This document shows positions 50,791-60,433 of a stretch of DNA of 64,000 bases, piece after piece; position 1 is the first letter of the stretch, and every line of letters starts with the position of its first letter. Source of the stretch: Candidatus Aminicenantales bacterium (GTDB lineage Bacteria > Acidobacteriota > Aminicenantia > Aminicenantales > Aminicenantaceae). Both the position numbers and the translations under genes were made by a program. A model generated the notes under the pieces. The model saw nothing but the letters and a program-made list of their open reading frames with translations, had not been told where the DNA came from and did no database searches. The stretch is from contig JBHIDX010000003.1 in assembly GCA_046760305.1 (NCBI GenBank), positions 2,526-66,525 of the forward strand. The letters run 5' to 3'.

Positions 50791-51600
50791 ATGGAAGAAT
50801 TACTCGGCTACGGCTTTATTCAGAGAGCATTAATCGGTGGAATCTTTATCGCTGTCGCCTGTGCTCTGCTAGGGGTTTTCCTAGTCCTAAGAAGAAACGC
50901 CATGTTTGCCCATGGTCTTGCCCATGTTGTGTTTGCAGGAGTTGCTCTGGGATTGTTCTTTAAAATTGGGGTCCTTGGGGCAGGCGTGGCTGTCTCAGTC
51001 ATAGCTGCCCTGGGTATGCTAAAACTCAGGCATAAGGCAGGACTCCATTTCGACACGGCCATAGGGATTTTCAGCGCTGTTGGCATGGCTCTGGGGATTA
51101 TTCTTGTTTCTCTTGCCCGGAGTTTTAACGTCGATCTCTTCAGCTATCTCTTCGGCGAAATTCTGGCCATTGAACCTCACGAAGTCTGGCTTTCGTTGGG
51201 ATTGCTATCTGCGGTTCTGGTGGTAATCTTAATTTTTTACCGTAAGTTTCTCTTCATAGCCTTTGATTCTGAAACAGCAAAAGCTTCAGGAATCAGAGTT
51301 GAGATCCTTGATTCCTTGCTCATAATTCTTACTGCCCTCACAGTGGTGCTGGGGATGAAGATTGTGGGTCTCATTTTTGTCACAGCTCTGGTTGTCATAC
51401 CCGCAGCAGCTGCCCTTCAAATAGCAGGAAGTTTTAAATCAGCCCTCCTCATCTCGGCAGCAACAGCCCTTGTTTCTGTTCTGGGTGGACTGTATGGTGC
51501 CTTTTCCTTCGACATACCCGCGGGAGGAAGCATCGTTATTTTCTCGTTTCTCATCTTCTGTGTTTTATTCACGATCAAAAAAGTCAGACAACTATTTTAA
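50791..51600 (+). CDS. znuB: Zn/Mn ABC transporter permease
   Basis: LGVFLVLRR, LAHVVFAG, YLFGEIL and FDSETAKASG motifs. Confidence 0.88.
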   Translation: MEELLGYGFIQRALIGGIFIAVACALLGVFLVLRRNAMFAHGLAHVVFAGVALGLFFKIGVLGAGVAVSVIAALGMLKLRHKAGLHFDTAIGIFSAVGMALGIILVSLARSFNVDLFSYLFGEILAIEPHEVWLSLGLLSAVLVVILIFYRKFLFIAFDSETAKASGIRVEILDSLLIILTALTVVLGMKIVGLIFVTALVVIPAAAALQIAGSFKSALLISAATALVSVLGGLYGAFSFDIPAGGSIVIFSFLIFCVLFTIKKVRQLF

Positions 51601-51606
51601 CCTGGG

Positions 51607-52146
51607 TTAATCGGAGGTGAGCCTTTTCAGGGTTTGCTGGAAGACAGAATAAGCTTCCTGTCCGTAAAGGCAAAATATAACTTTTTTCGGCCACTCTGTC
51701 TCTTCCTGCCTGAGAAAATCCATTGTGGTCTTGAGCATGATTTCACTGCACCTCTGCATCGGGAAACCAAATATGCCGGTGCTTATAGCGGGAAAGGCGA
51801 TAGTTTCCAGCTTTTTATCCCCGGCGATTTTCAGGCTGTTAAAAGTTGCTCTACCTAGCTTCTCATCCTCATTTTCCTCTCCATGAACAGGACCGACAGC
51901 ATGAATAACATATCTTGCCTTCAACTCACCAGCTCCAGTGATAACTGCTTGACCCACATTTATAGGTCCGATTCTGTTGCACTCCTCTTGTATCGAAGGG
52001 CCTCCGAAAGATCTTATCGCTCCTGCAACTCCGCCGCCAAGCTGTAGGTTTTTGTTGGCAGCGTTAACAACGGCATCAACTTCAAGAAGGACTATATTTC
52101 CCTCGATGAGCTCGATTTTTTTATCCTCATGAGACCATTCTTTCAT
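51607..52146 (-). CDS. Macro domain protein (ADP-ribose hydrolase)
   Basis: VVNAAN...GGGVAGAI, VIHAVGP and AFPAISTGIFGFP motifs. Confidence 0.93.
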   Translation of the reverse strand: MKEWSHEDKKIELIEGNIVLLEVDAVVNAANKNLQLGGGVAGAIRSFGGPSIQEECNRIGPINVGQAVITGAGELKARYVIHAVGPVHGEENEDEKLGRATFNSLKIAGDKKLETIAFPAISTGIFGFPMQRCSEIMLKTTMDFLRQEETEWPKKVIFCLYGQEAYSVFQQTLKRLTSD

Positions 52147-52190
52147 TGACTTTCTCCTCCCTAATATTATCCTGCCTGAATTATTATTTC

Positions 52191-52709
52191 TCAGTCAACC
52201 AGGTTGGCTCCGTAAACTTTTTTCATCCTTTTCAAAGCAAATTCATGGGCTTCTTGATCAAAATCTGCCACCCCCTTTAGGTAGACATAGACCGGAAAAT
52301 GTCTGTTCCGGAGTTCGCCCACTGCATCCATGATACAGATCGAGGTGCAGACACCAACCACATGGACCTCGGTGATTTTATGTTCTTCAAGCACCTTGTC
52401 CAGCCCAGTGTTAAGGAATGAGCTTAATGTTTTTTTCCGGACAATGATATCACTTTCTGAGACTGGAAGCTCGTCAATTACCTGCGCTCCTTCGCTGCCA
52501 GCAACACAATGAGCAGGAAACATCTGAAATTCTTTATCATCTCGGTCATGAAAATCACAGACAAAGATTACCAACTCTCCTTGACGGCGGAATTTCTCTA
52601 TCATTTCCCTCACAAAAGGTATGATTTTAAGTGAAGAGTTGCCGCAGTAGAGAGCTCCATCTCGGGTTAGGAAATCATTAAGCATATCAATCACAAGCAG
52701 TGACTTCAT
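52191..52709 (-). CDS. Isochorismatase-family cysteine hydrolase (nicotinamidase-like)
   Basis: LLVIDMLNDF, DFH, PAHC, K and GVCTSICI catalytic/metal residues. Confidence 0.88.
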   Translation of the reverse strand: MKSLLVIDMLNDFLTRDGALYCGNSSLKIIPFVREMIEKFRRQGELVIFVCDFHDRDDKEFQMFPAHCVAGSEGAQVIDELPVSESDIIVRKKTLSSFLNTGLDKVLEEHKITEVHVVGVCTSICIMDAVGELRNRHFPVYVYLKGVADFDQEAHEFALKRMKKVYGANLVD

Positions 52710-52850
52710 CGCTTCCTCCTGGGTGTGAAAAATAATTTACCTTGATTATTTGTGAATAATCCACCTTTACTGCCTAGGGTAGTAAAAATACAATAAAGAC
52801 CATCATATTTTATACAATAGGCTTAGTTTTGAAAAGATAAAACAGTCAGC

Positions 52851-54377
52851 TCAAAGGCCAGCTGCCTTAATCTCGGCTGATTCTGATTGCTCTTCTTCTT
52901 CCTGGGAAAAAAAGTAGTCAGCAACATTTATGCCATATTTATGAGGGTTCAGGGATTTAACGATCGTCCTTTTATACCCGTGGGTAAAAGCATCCTTTTC
53001 TGTCAGGTCAACAATGTCGCCATCAATCCTATTTCCCGAAGAATCAGTTATAAGCTTAACTTTGGGACGAAGATAAAAAGCCACATCCGGATTTGTTTCT
53101 GTTACCACAGCAAGCTCCCCTGTATCAAGAGCAACAAGGGTACCTATGGGATAGGCTCCCACCATGTTGGCAAAGACTTTTAAAAGCAGGGGGTCAAAAT
53201 CCTTACCGCTCTTCTCAATCATCAAGCTCAGGGCATCATTGCGGGTAAATACGTCTTCCCTGTATGGTCTTTTTGTCGTGAGTGCATCGAAGAAATCGCA
53301 TATCTCTACTATTTTGCTGTAGAGATTGATCGAATTTTTCTTCCAGTATCTGGGATATCCCGAGAGGTCAGACCGCAGATGATGTTCGAGAGCTACATAG
53401 AGGGCTCTGACCGGCAAATAGCTCATTTCTTTCAAGCGGACAAGTCTGCCAGCTCCTAGATATGTATGCTTCTCTATGACTCTTCTCTCTTCAGGTGTAA
53501 GACAGGCAGGTTTATCCAGGATTTCCTTGGGAATATCCAGCTTCCCGATATCATGGAAAAAGGCACTTACTCCCAGATCAACAAGTTCTTTCTTATCAAG
53601 TCCGAGCCTTCTTCCCAGACAGACGGCCAGAATGCAGACGTTTACAGAGTGGTTAAGAGTATATTCATCATAATTCTTGAGGTTAGTCAGCCCCATCATG
53701 AATGCTTCATCCTGAATCATAAGATTGACAATTGACTGCATAAGACGCCTGGTGGTCTTTAGCCGCACTCTTTTTTTCTCTCTTTCTCTCTCAAAGACCT
53801 CCTTGAGGTGGGTAATACTCTTGAAAAAAACCTTTTTTGCATACTGCTTCACCTTCTTTGTCTGGAGCCGCGTTTGCCTTTCAAAAGGGGAGATTTTCTC
53901 CAGGGAAACATTGCGTATTCCCCTTATCTCCATTCTCTTGAGAAAATCCTCAAAAGGATTTTCTTCTCCCACTTCCTCTTCTTTAAGGGCCATAACAAAC
54001 TGCGTAAGCTCTTCTTCACAAAGACCGGATTCAAAGGCAAAGCTTGTGATTTCTTTTTTTCCCAGCTCTTCTGCCAGAAATTTAAAACTCTGGAAATTGG
54101 AGAAATCGAGCCTGACTCTTACTGAATTAAAAAAAAGAGCACTTTCCCTTAACCGAAAAACAGCTTCTCCTTCCTTGCGGAGTACTTCATACACAAGGTT
54201 GAAGAGAATGTTTATCTGCCTGAGGAAAGTGAGGTTGTTTGCTTCGTATATGGAAGCCGTTCTCAGGGCAGAGGAAAAACGAAGGAATATTTCTTCCCCA
54301 ATTTTAGACAGAGATTTATCCTTTAACTCTGTGGTCTCCATTTCTTCTTTTACTTTCCCCTTTTCCTCTTCAGACAC
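52851..54377 (-). CDS. HD-GYP cyclic dinucleotide phosphodiesterase
   Basis: YTLNHSVNV, HDIGK, EHH...SGYP and DFFDALTTKRPYR motifs; likely GTG start at 54377 after AAAGGAG, overlapping the upstream stop. Confidence 0.88.
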   Translation of the reverse strand: MSEEEKGKVKEEMETTELKDKSLSKIGEEIFLRFSSALRTASIYEANNLTFLRQINILFNLVYEVLRKEGEAVFRLRESALFFNSVRVRLDFSNFQSFKFLAEELGKKEITSFAFESGLCEEELTQFVMALKEEEVGEENPFEDFLKRMEIRGIRNVSLEKISPFERQTRLQTKKVKQYAKKVFFKSITHLKEVFEREREKKRVRLKTTRRLMQSIVNLMIQDEAFMMGLTNLKNYDEYTLNHSVNVCILAVCLGRRLGLDKKELVDLGVSAFFHDIGKLDIPKEILDKPACLTPEERRVIEKHTYLGAGRLVRLKEMSYLPVRALYVALEHHLRSDLSGYPRYWKKNSINLYSKIVEICDFFDALTTKRPYREDVFTRNDALSLMIEKSGKDFDPLLLKVFANMVGAYPIGTLVALDTGELAVVTETNPDVAFYLRPKVKLITDSSGNRIDGDIVDLTEKDAFTHGYKRTIVKSLNPHKYGINVADYFFSQEEEEQSESAEIKAAGL

Positions 54378-56220
54378 GAAACTCTCCTTTTGCCCCAGAG
54401 TAGGGCTCAACTTTTGAAGAAATCTTTCTTAAAGCAAGTTTACACGCCCGGCTTAAAACTCTGTTCTTCGATTTTGCACCCTGGGCAAAGATATCCTTTG
54501 TTTCAGGTGTGGGAACCATTTCGAGAGCAGAAACTATACACAGCTTCGTTTCATCAATTTTACACTTTGTCAGAAGAGAAGATTTTTTCATCATTGACCT
54601 GAAAAAATTGTAGGCCTCTTCTCTTTTCGACCTAGCCAGAAAATTTAGAATTGCTTTTTTCTCTGTGATTCTCTTTTTGTGAAATTCTTTTTCAAGGGCA
54701 ATCTTCATTACTGAATCAAATACCTCTCTATCTCCTGTTGCTCTTAGATTCATGAGGGCCACAGTCCTGACTTCTTCATCGCTGTCGTCGATAAAGCGCA
54801 AAAATATTTTGTTGGCCCCATCATCTTCTAGCTTCCCCAGTGTCTGAATAGCATCCAGCCTAACTTTCCTCTCGGGATAAGTGGCAAGCTTCTCGAGGTG
54901 GGGAATTATCTCAGGTTTGTGGATACTGGTCAGTATCTTTATCACCTCTCTGGCGAGCGAAACATCTTCCTCGTTTGTAATCTCCATGAGCGCTTCTAAA
55001 TCATCCTTGCCTCTCTGATGGAGAAAATCTTTAGCCTTGGAGAGAACAAAAGGATCTTTTATCTGACTCCATATGTCTCCAATAAAAGGAATCGATTTCG
55101 GGCCAAATAGCCTCAAATAATCAAAGAAAGATTCAAAATCAACTACCCTGTTGTGGATAAATATTTCCCGCAGAAGAGATAATACTTCTTCACTTCTGAG
55201 TTTGGCGTAAAAACTTTTCAACTCCTCGCATTTTCTTCCATCCTCAACAGACTGCATTTCCATCAACTCTTCCAAACGTCTTAAGATCATTGAAGCGAGA
55301 GTAAAATCAGCCTTATGAAGTATTTCATGGTAGCATTGCTCAAGAACATTTAAGGTGGCTGTGAACTGCTCCTCTTTTTCCTCTAGAAAAAGAATCTCAA
55401 AAAGAAGAGTTACCAGTTCAGCCAACCGGGATGGTTCCCTGCTGCTTAAGAGCATATTTTCAAGCTCTGGAATTTCTCCTTCGTTTATTGAGGCGAGCTG
55501 AGAAACAAGTGATGAATCCGAGCTTGATTTTTGTTCTTTTTCCTTCTCATCTTCTCTGAGAATGCCAAGGGTCTGTTTTCTTTTCTGAATTTCCCTCATA
55601 TCCTCTGATGTAAGGCTTATGGCGCCATTTACCAGAGATTGTTTATCGATGATATATCCATCGCCTTCCTCAGCTCCGCCTATGTCTGAATCGAGAAACT
55701 CATCCAGGGCAAAATAGTTGATGTGGGGGTAATCTTTCTCCCAGAGAGCATTGACAATATCACTTTCTTCGGATGGAAGCTCAGAATATATCTTCAGGGT
55801 TTCAATAAAATCCTGAAGCTCTTCCTCTTCGATACCATCTTGAAAACTGAGTTCTCTCATGCCATCTTTATAGAAGAGGAAAGGAAGACTCTTTTTCTTT
55901 TCCTCGTCCTGAAAAACAATCGCTCCTTCGTAGGAAAAAGAGAATTCGTCAATACTGATTTTCAACTCTTCATACTCATCGAGAAATTCTTTCATTTTCT
56001 TAACAAAGAGACTGATACCTTTCTTGACCGACGGATTATCCCCTGGGTACATCTTGATCAGAGTGAAGGCTTTGGTGAAAGATTGAATTGCCTCTTTTAC
56101 CTTTTTAAGTTCAACAGGATTTATCTCAAGAGCTGATTCCTCTCTCTCTACATTCTTATCTTCAGGCTTCAAACCAGTTTCTCCCATTTTTTTGTGTTTG
56201 TTTTCCCCGTTTTCAACCAT
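54370..56220 (-). CDS. HEAT-repeat protein
   Basis: C-terminal HEAT-like repeats (VRLDAIQTLG, DSDEEVRTVALMNL); ATG at 56220 overlaps the GGDEF stop. Confidence 0.8.
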   Translation of the reverse strand: MVENGENKHKKMGETGLKPEDKNVEREESALEINPVELKKVKEAIQSFTKAFTLIKMYPGDNPSVKKGISLFVKKMKEFLDEYEELKISIDEFSFSYEGAIVFQDEEKKKSLPFLFYKDGMRELSFQDGIEEEELQDFIETLKIYSELPSEESDIVNALWEKDYPHINYFALDEFLDSDIGGAEEGDGYIIDKQSLVNGAISLTSEDMREIQKRKQTLGILREDEKEKEQKSSSDSSLVSQLASINEGEIPELENMLLSSREPSRLAELVTLLFEILFLEEKEEQFTATLNVLEQCYHEILHKADFTLASMILRRLEELMEMQSVEDGRKCEELKSFYAKLRSEEVLSLLREIFIHNRVVDFESFFDYLRLFGPKSIPFIGDIWSQIKDPFVLSKAKDFLHQRGKDDLEALMEITNEEDVSLAREVIKILTSIHKPEIIPHLEKLATYPERKVRLDAIQTLGKLEDDGANKIFLRFIDDSDEEVRTVALMNLRATGDREVFDSVMKIALEKEFHKKRITEKKAILNFLARSKREEAYNFFRSMMKKSSLLTKCKIDETKLCIVSALEMVPTPETKDIFAQGAKSKNRVLSRACKLALRKISSKVEPYSGAKGEFRV

Positions 56221-57154
56221 TGTAGACAGCCGCCATGTTTTTTCCGCTTGTCTTGGCTTTGTAGAGGGCAGAATCAGCCAGGGCAATGAGTTCCTGAGCT
56301 GTACGTCCAAAATCAGGATAGGTACAGAGACCTATGCTCAGAGTGACATGAACTGTGCTCTGGCTTGAATTGTCTGTTTCAAATAGACAGACCTCGACTC
56401 TCTGTCTTATCCTTTCAGCCACAAGAAAAGCATTTTCGCTGTTCGTCTCAGGAAGGATGATCAGGAATTCTTCTCCTCCATAACGCCCTGGAATATCCGC
56501 AGGTCTGATCAATTCAACTATTAAACGTGAAACTGTTTTGAGAACATTATCTCCTGTGACGTGGCCGTACCTGTCGTTAAGTTTCTTGAAATCATCCAGG
56601 TCAAGCATCAAGACACTGAGGGGACGACCGTATCTTTCAGCTCGATAAATTTCCTGCTGCAGCCTTTCTTTGATGAATATTTGATTATAAAGACCCGTCA
56701 AGCCATCTTTGGCTGCCACACGAGTTAAGGACTCATTGGCGTCTGCAAGCGATTTGGCAAACTGGTTAACCTGAAGAAGTTTTTTCTGTAACTTAAGAAG
56801 CATATCTCTGTAATACTTGTTAATCTGGTCTGAACCGGTGCTTCTGGAACGGGCAACGCTTTCGTTAGATATTTCAGGAGCATCAATCTTCTCCTCATCA
56901 TCCGTTTCTCCACCATGAGGATAAGCTCGTTGACTTCTCTCAGCCACAACCAGAGCGCTGAAAGAAATAACCAGAATTAACAACAGGCCCAGGGTAAGAA
57001 GGGCTTTATCCTGAGAGTTGAAACCGGCAAATCCCCATATCCGGGGAAAAAAATTAGTAAGAGAGGAGAAAAAAAGAAAAACCAGGGCAATGATAATTAT
57101 AGACCAGAGCCGAAATCGTAATCCTTTCAAAGCAGATGAAGTTCTCCTCTTCAT
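56213..57154 (-). CDS. Membrane-anchored diguanylate cyclase (GGEEF)
   Basis: Two TM helices and a coiled coil; DGLTGLYN, DLDDFKKLNDRYGH, RPAD I-site and RYGGEEF. Confidence 0.93.
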   Translation of the reverse strand: MKRRTSSALKGLRFRLWSIIIIALVFLFFSSLTNFFPRIWGFAGFNSQDKALLTLGLLLILVISFSALVVAERSQRAYPHGGETDDEEKIDAPEISNESVARSRSTGSDQINKYYRDMLLKLQKKLLQVNQFAKSLADANESLTRVAAKDGLTGLYNQIFIKERLQQEIYRAERYGRPLSVLMLDLDDFKKLNDRYGHVTGDNVLKTVSRLIVELIRPADIPGRYGGEEFLIILPETNSENAFLVAERIRQRVEVCLFETDNSSQSTVHVTLSIGLCTYPDFGRTAQELIALADSALYKAKTSGKNMAAVYNG

Positions 57155-57269
57155 TTATTCTCGATAAGGAGTAAATATTCTCAGAAATGAAAGGTAGCTT
57201 CAATCGCCTAAGCGGATGAAATGAGGGGTGATATTTATTTTCTTTTTTTCACCGGTGGAGATGAGAGTT

Positions 57270-58970
57270 TTATCCTGGTCGCTTTTTTTGCTCATACCCA
57301 GAGCTCAATTCTTTTTCGACATGAGCTCTTATCTCTTTCCCCAGCTCAAGGGCCTCCTTTTTCAGGGCTTCAGCCTTTTCCAGAATCTCGGCCCTGAACT
57401 CTTCATCCTTTATGCCAGGAAGATTAATCTGGATATTGTAATAAGCACCTTCGGCAGCTGCCTGGGCTGTGAGAGCTGCTACCCCTGAATCACTCAAAGA
57501 GTTTTTGAATCCTTTGCTCGCCACTTCTCTTGCAAGCTTCAGGGCTTGGACACTCTTTTCTAAAACTCCAAAAGGCACCAGTGTTGCTTCTTTGGTGGCT
57601 TCCTGGATGGCTTTTTCCCGTTCCTCCTTCTGCTCTTCTGTTTTATTTTTCATCCTCAAAGCATCCAGGACTTTGTTAAAAGCCACACTATCTTTATCCA
57701 CTCCACGCAGGAGTTCATCCTTAAGGGGCTGCGCTTTCAGTCCGATTTCTTTCATCTCGGCCCGAACATTCTCATAATCTTTATGGCTGAAAGTAATGTT
57801 TGAGACCATCGATGAAAGCGAAGCCGAAAGAGAAGCGCATAAGGCAGCTGTGCTTCCCCCTCCTGGTGCAGGGGAATCAAGGGAAAGCTCGTTCACAAAC
57901 TCACGGAGCTGGAGGTCGAGGAGAGAGTTCTCGATTTCCTGGAACTGATATTCAATAATTTTCTTTTTGGGGTCAAAAGGAGCAACATCATTCAAACCGA
58001 GCGATATAACTGCTGTTCTTATCAGCTCCTCCTCGGGAACACCCGGGCTCTTTCCCTGTTTCTCGAGATAATACCTGCCCGCCATCAAAAGAGCTTCTTT
58101 GGGAATCAGGCCTACCAGCTCGCTTCCTGTAACACGCAAGCCCATCTCTGAAGCAAGCTTTCTTGCTTCGTCAAAAACCAGATGGGGAGGGGAGATCTTA
58201 TAATTGGTGAAATTAATAGATATCTGGGCAATCCCGTAATCTTCGACATACCACCCCACTGCTTTTACCTCCTTGAACTTTCCGGGAATTCTGACCGGCT
58301 TTCCCTCCTCATCTCTGATTATATTTCCCTTCTTATCTCTTTTTGCCCTCCCTCTCTCACGTAGAGTGAAGGCGATATCTCGAGCGAGCGTTCTATCCCT
58401 GGTGTTGAGGTTGATATTGTAGGCTATCAAAAACTCTCTGGCACCTATAACAGTCGCCCCTGATTTTTCGTTAAAGACAGGTTTTCCGTAGTCGGGTGCC
58501 CATTGGGGATCTTTTAATTTCTCAGCCAGGCCTTCGTACTCACCGGCACGAATATTAGCTAGATTCTTGCGCTCTGGTTTTTTTGCCGCCTCCTCATAGA
58601 GGTAGACAGGAATTTCTAGTTCACGAGCAACACGTTCTCCCACCTCATTCGCAATCTTAACACAGTCCTCCATGGTAACTCCTGTCACGGGCACAAAAGG
58701 GCATACGTCCGCGGCCCCAATTCTGCTGTGAGCTCCTTTGTGCTTTCTCATGTCAATAACCTCAGCTGCTTTCTTAATGGCCTTAAAGGCAGCCTCTTTC
58801 ACGCTTTGCGGAGAACCGATAAAGGTTACCACTGTCCTGTTGGTGGATTCGCCTGGGTCTGAGTCAAGGAGTTTAACCTGAGGCGTACTCTCGATTTCTT
58901 TGAGAATAGCTCTGATTTTTTCCATATCTCTCCCTTCACTGAAGTTGGGCACACATTCAACTAATTTCAT
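57270..58970 (-). CDS. ftcD: Glutamate formimidoyltransferase / cyclodeaminase, bifunctional
   Basis: LVECVPNFSEGR, HKGAHSRIGA and GAREFLIAYN; cyclodeaminase motif SPAPGGGS. Confidence 0.93.
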   Translation of the reverse strand: MKLVECVPNFSEGRDMEKIRAILKEIESTPQVKLLDSDPGESTNRTVVTFIGSPQSVKEAAFKAIKKAAEVIDMRKHKGAHSRIGAADVCPFVPVTGVTMEDCVKIANEVGERVARELEIPVYLYEEAAKKPERKNLANIRAGEYEGLAEKLKDPQWAPDYGKPVFNEKSGATVIGAREFLIAYNINLNTRDRTLARDIAFTLRERGRAKRDKKGNIIRDEEGKPVRIPGKFKEVKAVGWYVEDYGIAQISINFTNYKISPPHLVFDEARKLASEMGLRVTGSELVGLIPKEALLMAGRYYLEKQGKSPGVPEEELIRTAVISLGLNDVAPFDPKKKIIEYQFQEIENSLLDLQLREFVNELSLDSPAPGGGSTAALCASLSASLSSMVSNITFSHKDYENVRAEMKEIGLKAQPLKDELLRGVDKDSVAFNKVLDALRMKNKTEEQKEEREKAIQEATKEATLVPFGVLEKSVQALKLAREVASKGFKNSLSDSGVAALTAQAAAEGAYYNIQINLPGIKDEEFRAEILEKAEALKKEALELGKEIRAHVEKELSSGYEQKKRPG

Positions 58971-60433
58971 TCTTCAACTCCTTTTGAAATTAGATATTGA
59001 AAAATTCCTTTGCTGTCATAAATCTCAATTTCTTCGAAGTCTGAGAGGTAGTCCATAATATTTTCTTTATCTCCGACAACCACTATTACCGGAGTAGCAA
59101 AGGGGTAGTTCTGGACAATCTCAAAGACTTTCTCTGTACTGACTGACATGATGTTCTCGTAATATCTGGTCCAGAATTCACTTCCTATATCAAAAGCGAG
59201 GATTTTTGATAGATAACGAGAAAAATCATCAAGATTCTCGATGTTGAGCGGAAAATTTCCGAGTAAATAGGATTTAGCCTGTTCAATTTCAAAGCTTGAG
59301 ATTTCTTCCCTTAAAATTTTTTCAATTTCTTTTAGACATTCTTCTACAGAGAGAAAAATAAATTTTGGTCTCACCCTGGCCCTGATGATAAAAACACTGC
59401 ACAGCCTGAAAAGCTCAACTTCGCTGAAGGCAAAATAAGCATACTCCTTCGATTCTCTCAGGTTTAGGAAAAGGCGGCTGTTGGGTGTACCACCCAGCAC
59501 CTGGTTGAGAACAAAAAGAGGAAAATATTCCTTTCTGCTCGGTGTGTAGATAACATTGCCCAGAAAAACAGTGGCCTCTTTTGCACCAGGCAGGTCTACA
59601 AAAGCAACCCTTTTCTTCTTACATGCCTCTGGTGGCTTCAAGTAGGTTATCTCCTTTTCCCTACCTTTCCAGAGATTGAGATAATGGCTTGTTTTTTTAA
59701 CAGCAGTATTGAGGTTCAAATCTCCTTGAAAAAGGAGAATACAGTTCTCAGGCCTGTAATACCGCCTGAAAAACTGGAGTATATCTCTGGGATAAATATT
59801 CTTAAGGGAGTCTTCTCTGAAAGCTACTTTGGCGTAAGGGTGTCCTTCGAATAAGAGTTGAAGGAGATGCTTCTTACCGAGGTAAGAGGGGTCTTTCTCT
59901 CTTTCTCTAATCTCGAAAAAGATATTCCTTTTTTCAGCATCTATTTCTCTGCGGAGAAAAGAAGGGCGGAGAATCATCCTGCTGAGCATGTCCAGGGCGA
60001 CCTCAAGATATTCCTCTAGGAAGGTAAGAGTAAACACCGAGTAATCACCATATGCTGCTGTTGTCACCTTGCCTCCGATGTACTCTATTATTTCATCTAC
60101 CTTAGAAGAAGTTAGATTTTCAGCTCCTTTGGGAAACATGCGGGCGGTGATTGTCGCCACTCCTGATTTCCCTTCAGGCGAAGAACTCTCTCCGCTTAAC
60201 ACAATAAGCTGCATGGTAAGAAGGGGAAGACCTTCTCTTCGGACAAGGGCAACCTTAAGCCCGTTCGAAAGCTTGACTGACTCAATTTCCGGAAGTTTTA
60301 GAAGTCTTAACGGCTGGGGAAAAGGAGGAGATCTTCTGAATTTCTCCTGAGCATAAAGAGCTTGAGGCCCCAAAAGGCTGATAAACAGAAAGGCTGTTAA
60401 TATCCTCCTCTCTCTGGCACTGAGATTCCTCAT
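58967..60433 (-). CDS. M16B peptidase-like subunit, non-catalytic, exported
   Basis: LSNGLKV, HPY, YYRPEN and VLGGTPNSRLFLNLRE...AY motifs; no HxxEH. Confidence 0.88.
   Translation of the reverse strand: MRNLSARERRILTAFLFISLLGPQALYAQEKFRRSPPFPQPLRLLKLPEIESVKLSNGLKVALVRREGLPLLTMQLIVLSGESSSPEGKSGVATITARMFPKGAENLTSSKVDEIIEYIGGKVTTAAYGDYSVFTLTFLEEYLEVALDMLSRMILRPSFLRREIDAEKRNIFFEIREREKDPSYLGKKHLLQLLFEGHPYAKVAFREDSLKNIYPRDILQFFRRYYRPENCILLFQGDLNLNTAVKKTSHYLNLWKGREKEITYLKPPEACKKKRVAFVDLPGAKEATVFLGNVIYTPSRKEYFPLFVLNQVLGGTPNSRLFLNLRESKEYAYFAFSEVELFRLCSVFIIRARVRPKFIFLSVEECLKEIEKILREEISSFEIEQAKSYLLGNFPLNIENLDDFSRYLSKILAFDIGSEFWTRYYENIMSVSTEKVFEIVQNYPFATPVIVVVGDKENIMDYLSDFEEIEIYDSKGIFQYLISKGVEE

Noticed and set aside
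51607-52709. Macro domain plus nicotinamidase-like pair as an anti-phage NAD system
   Set aside because: No sirtuin, TIR or ADP-ribosyltransferase partner; consistent with housekeeping NAD salvage.
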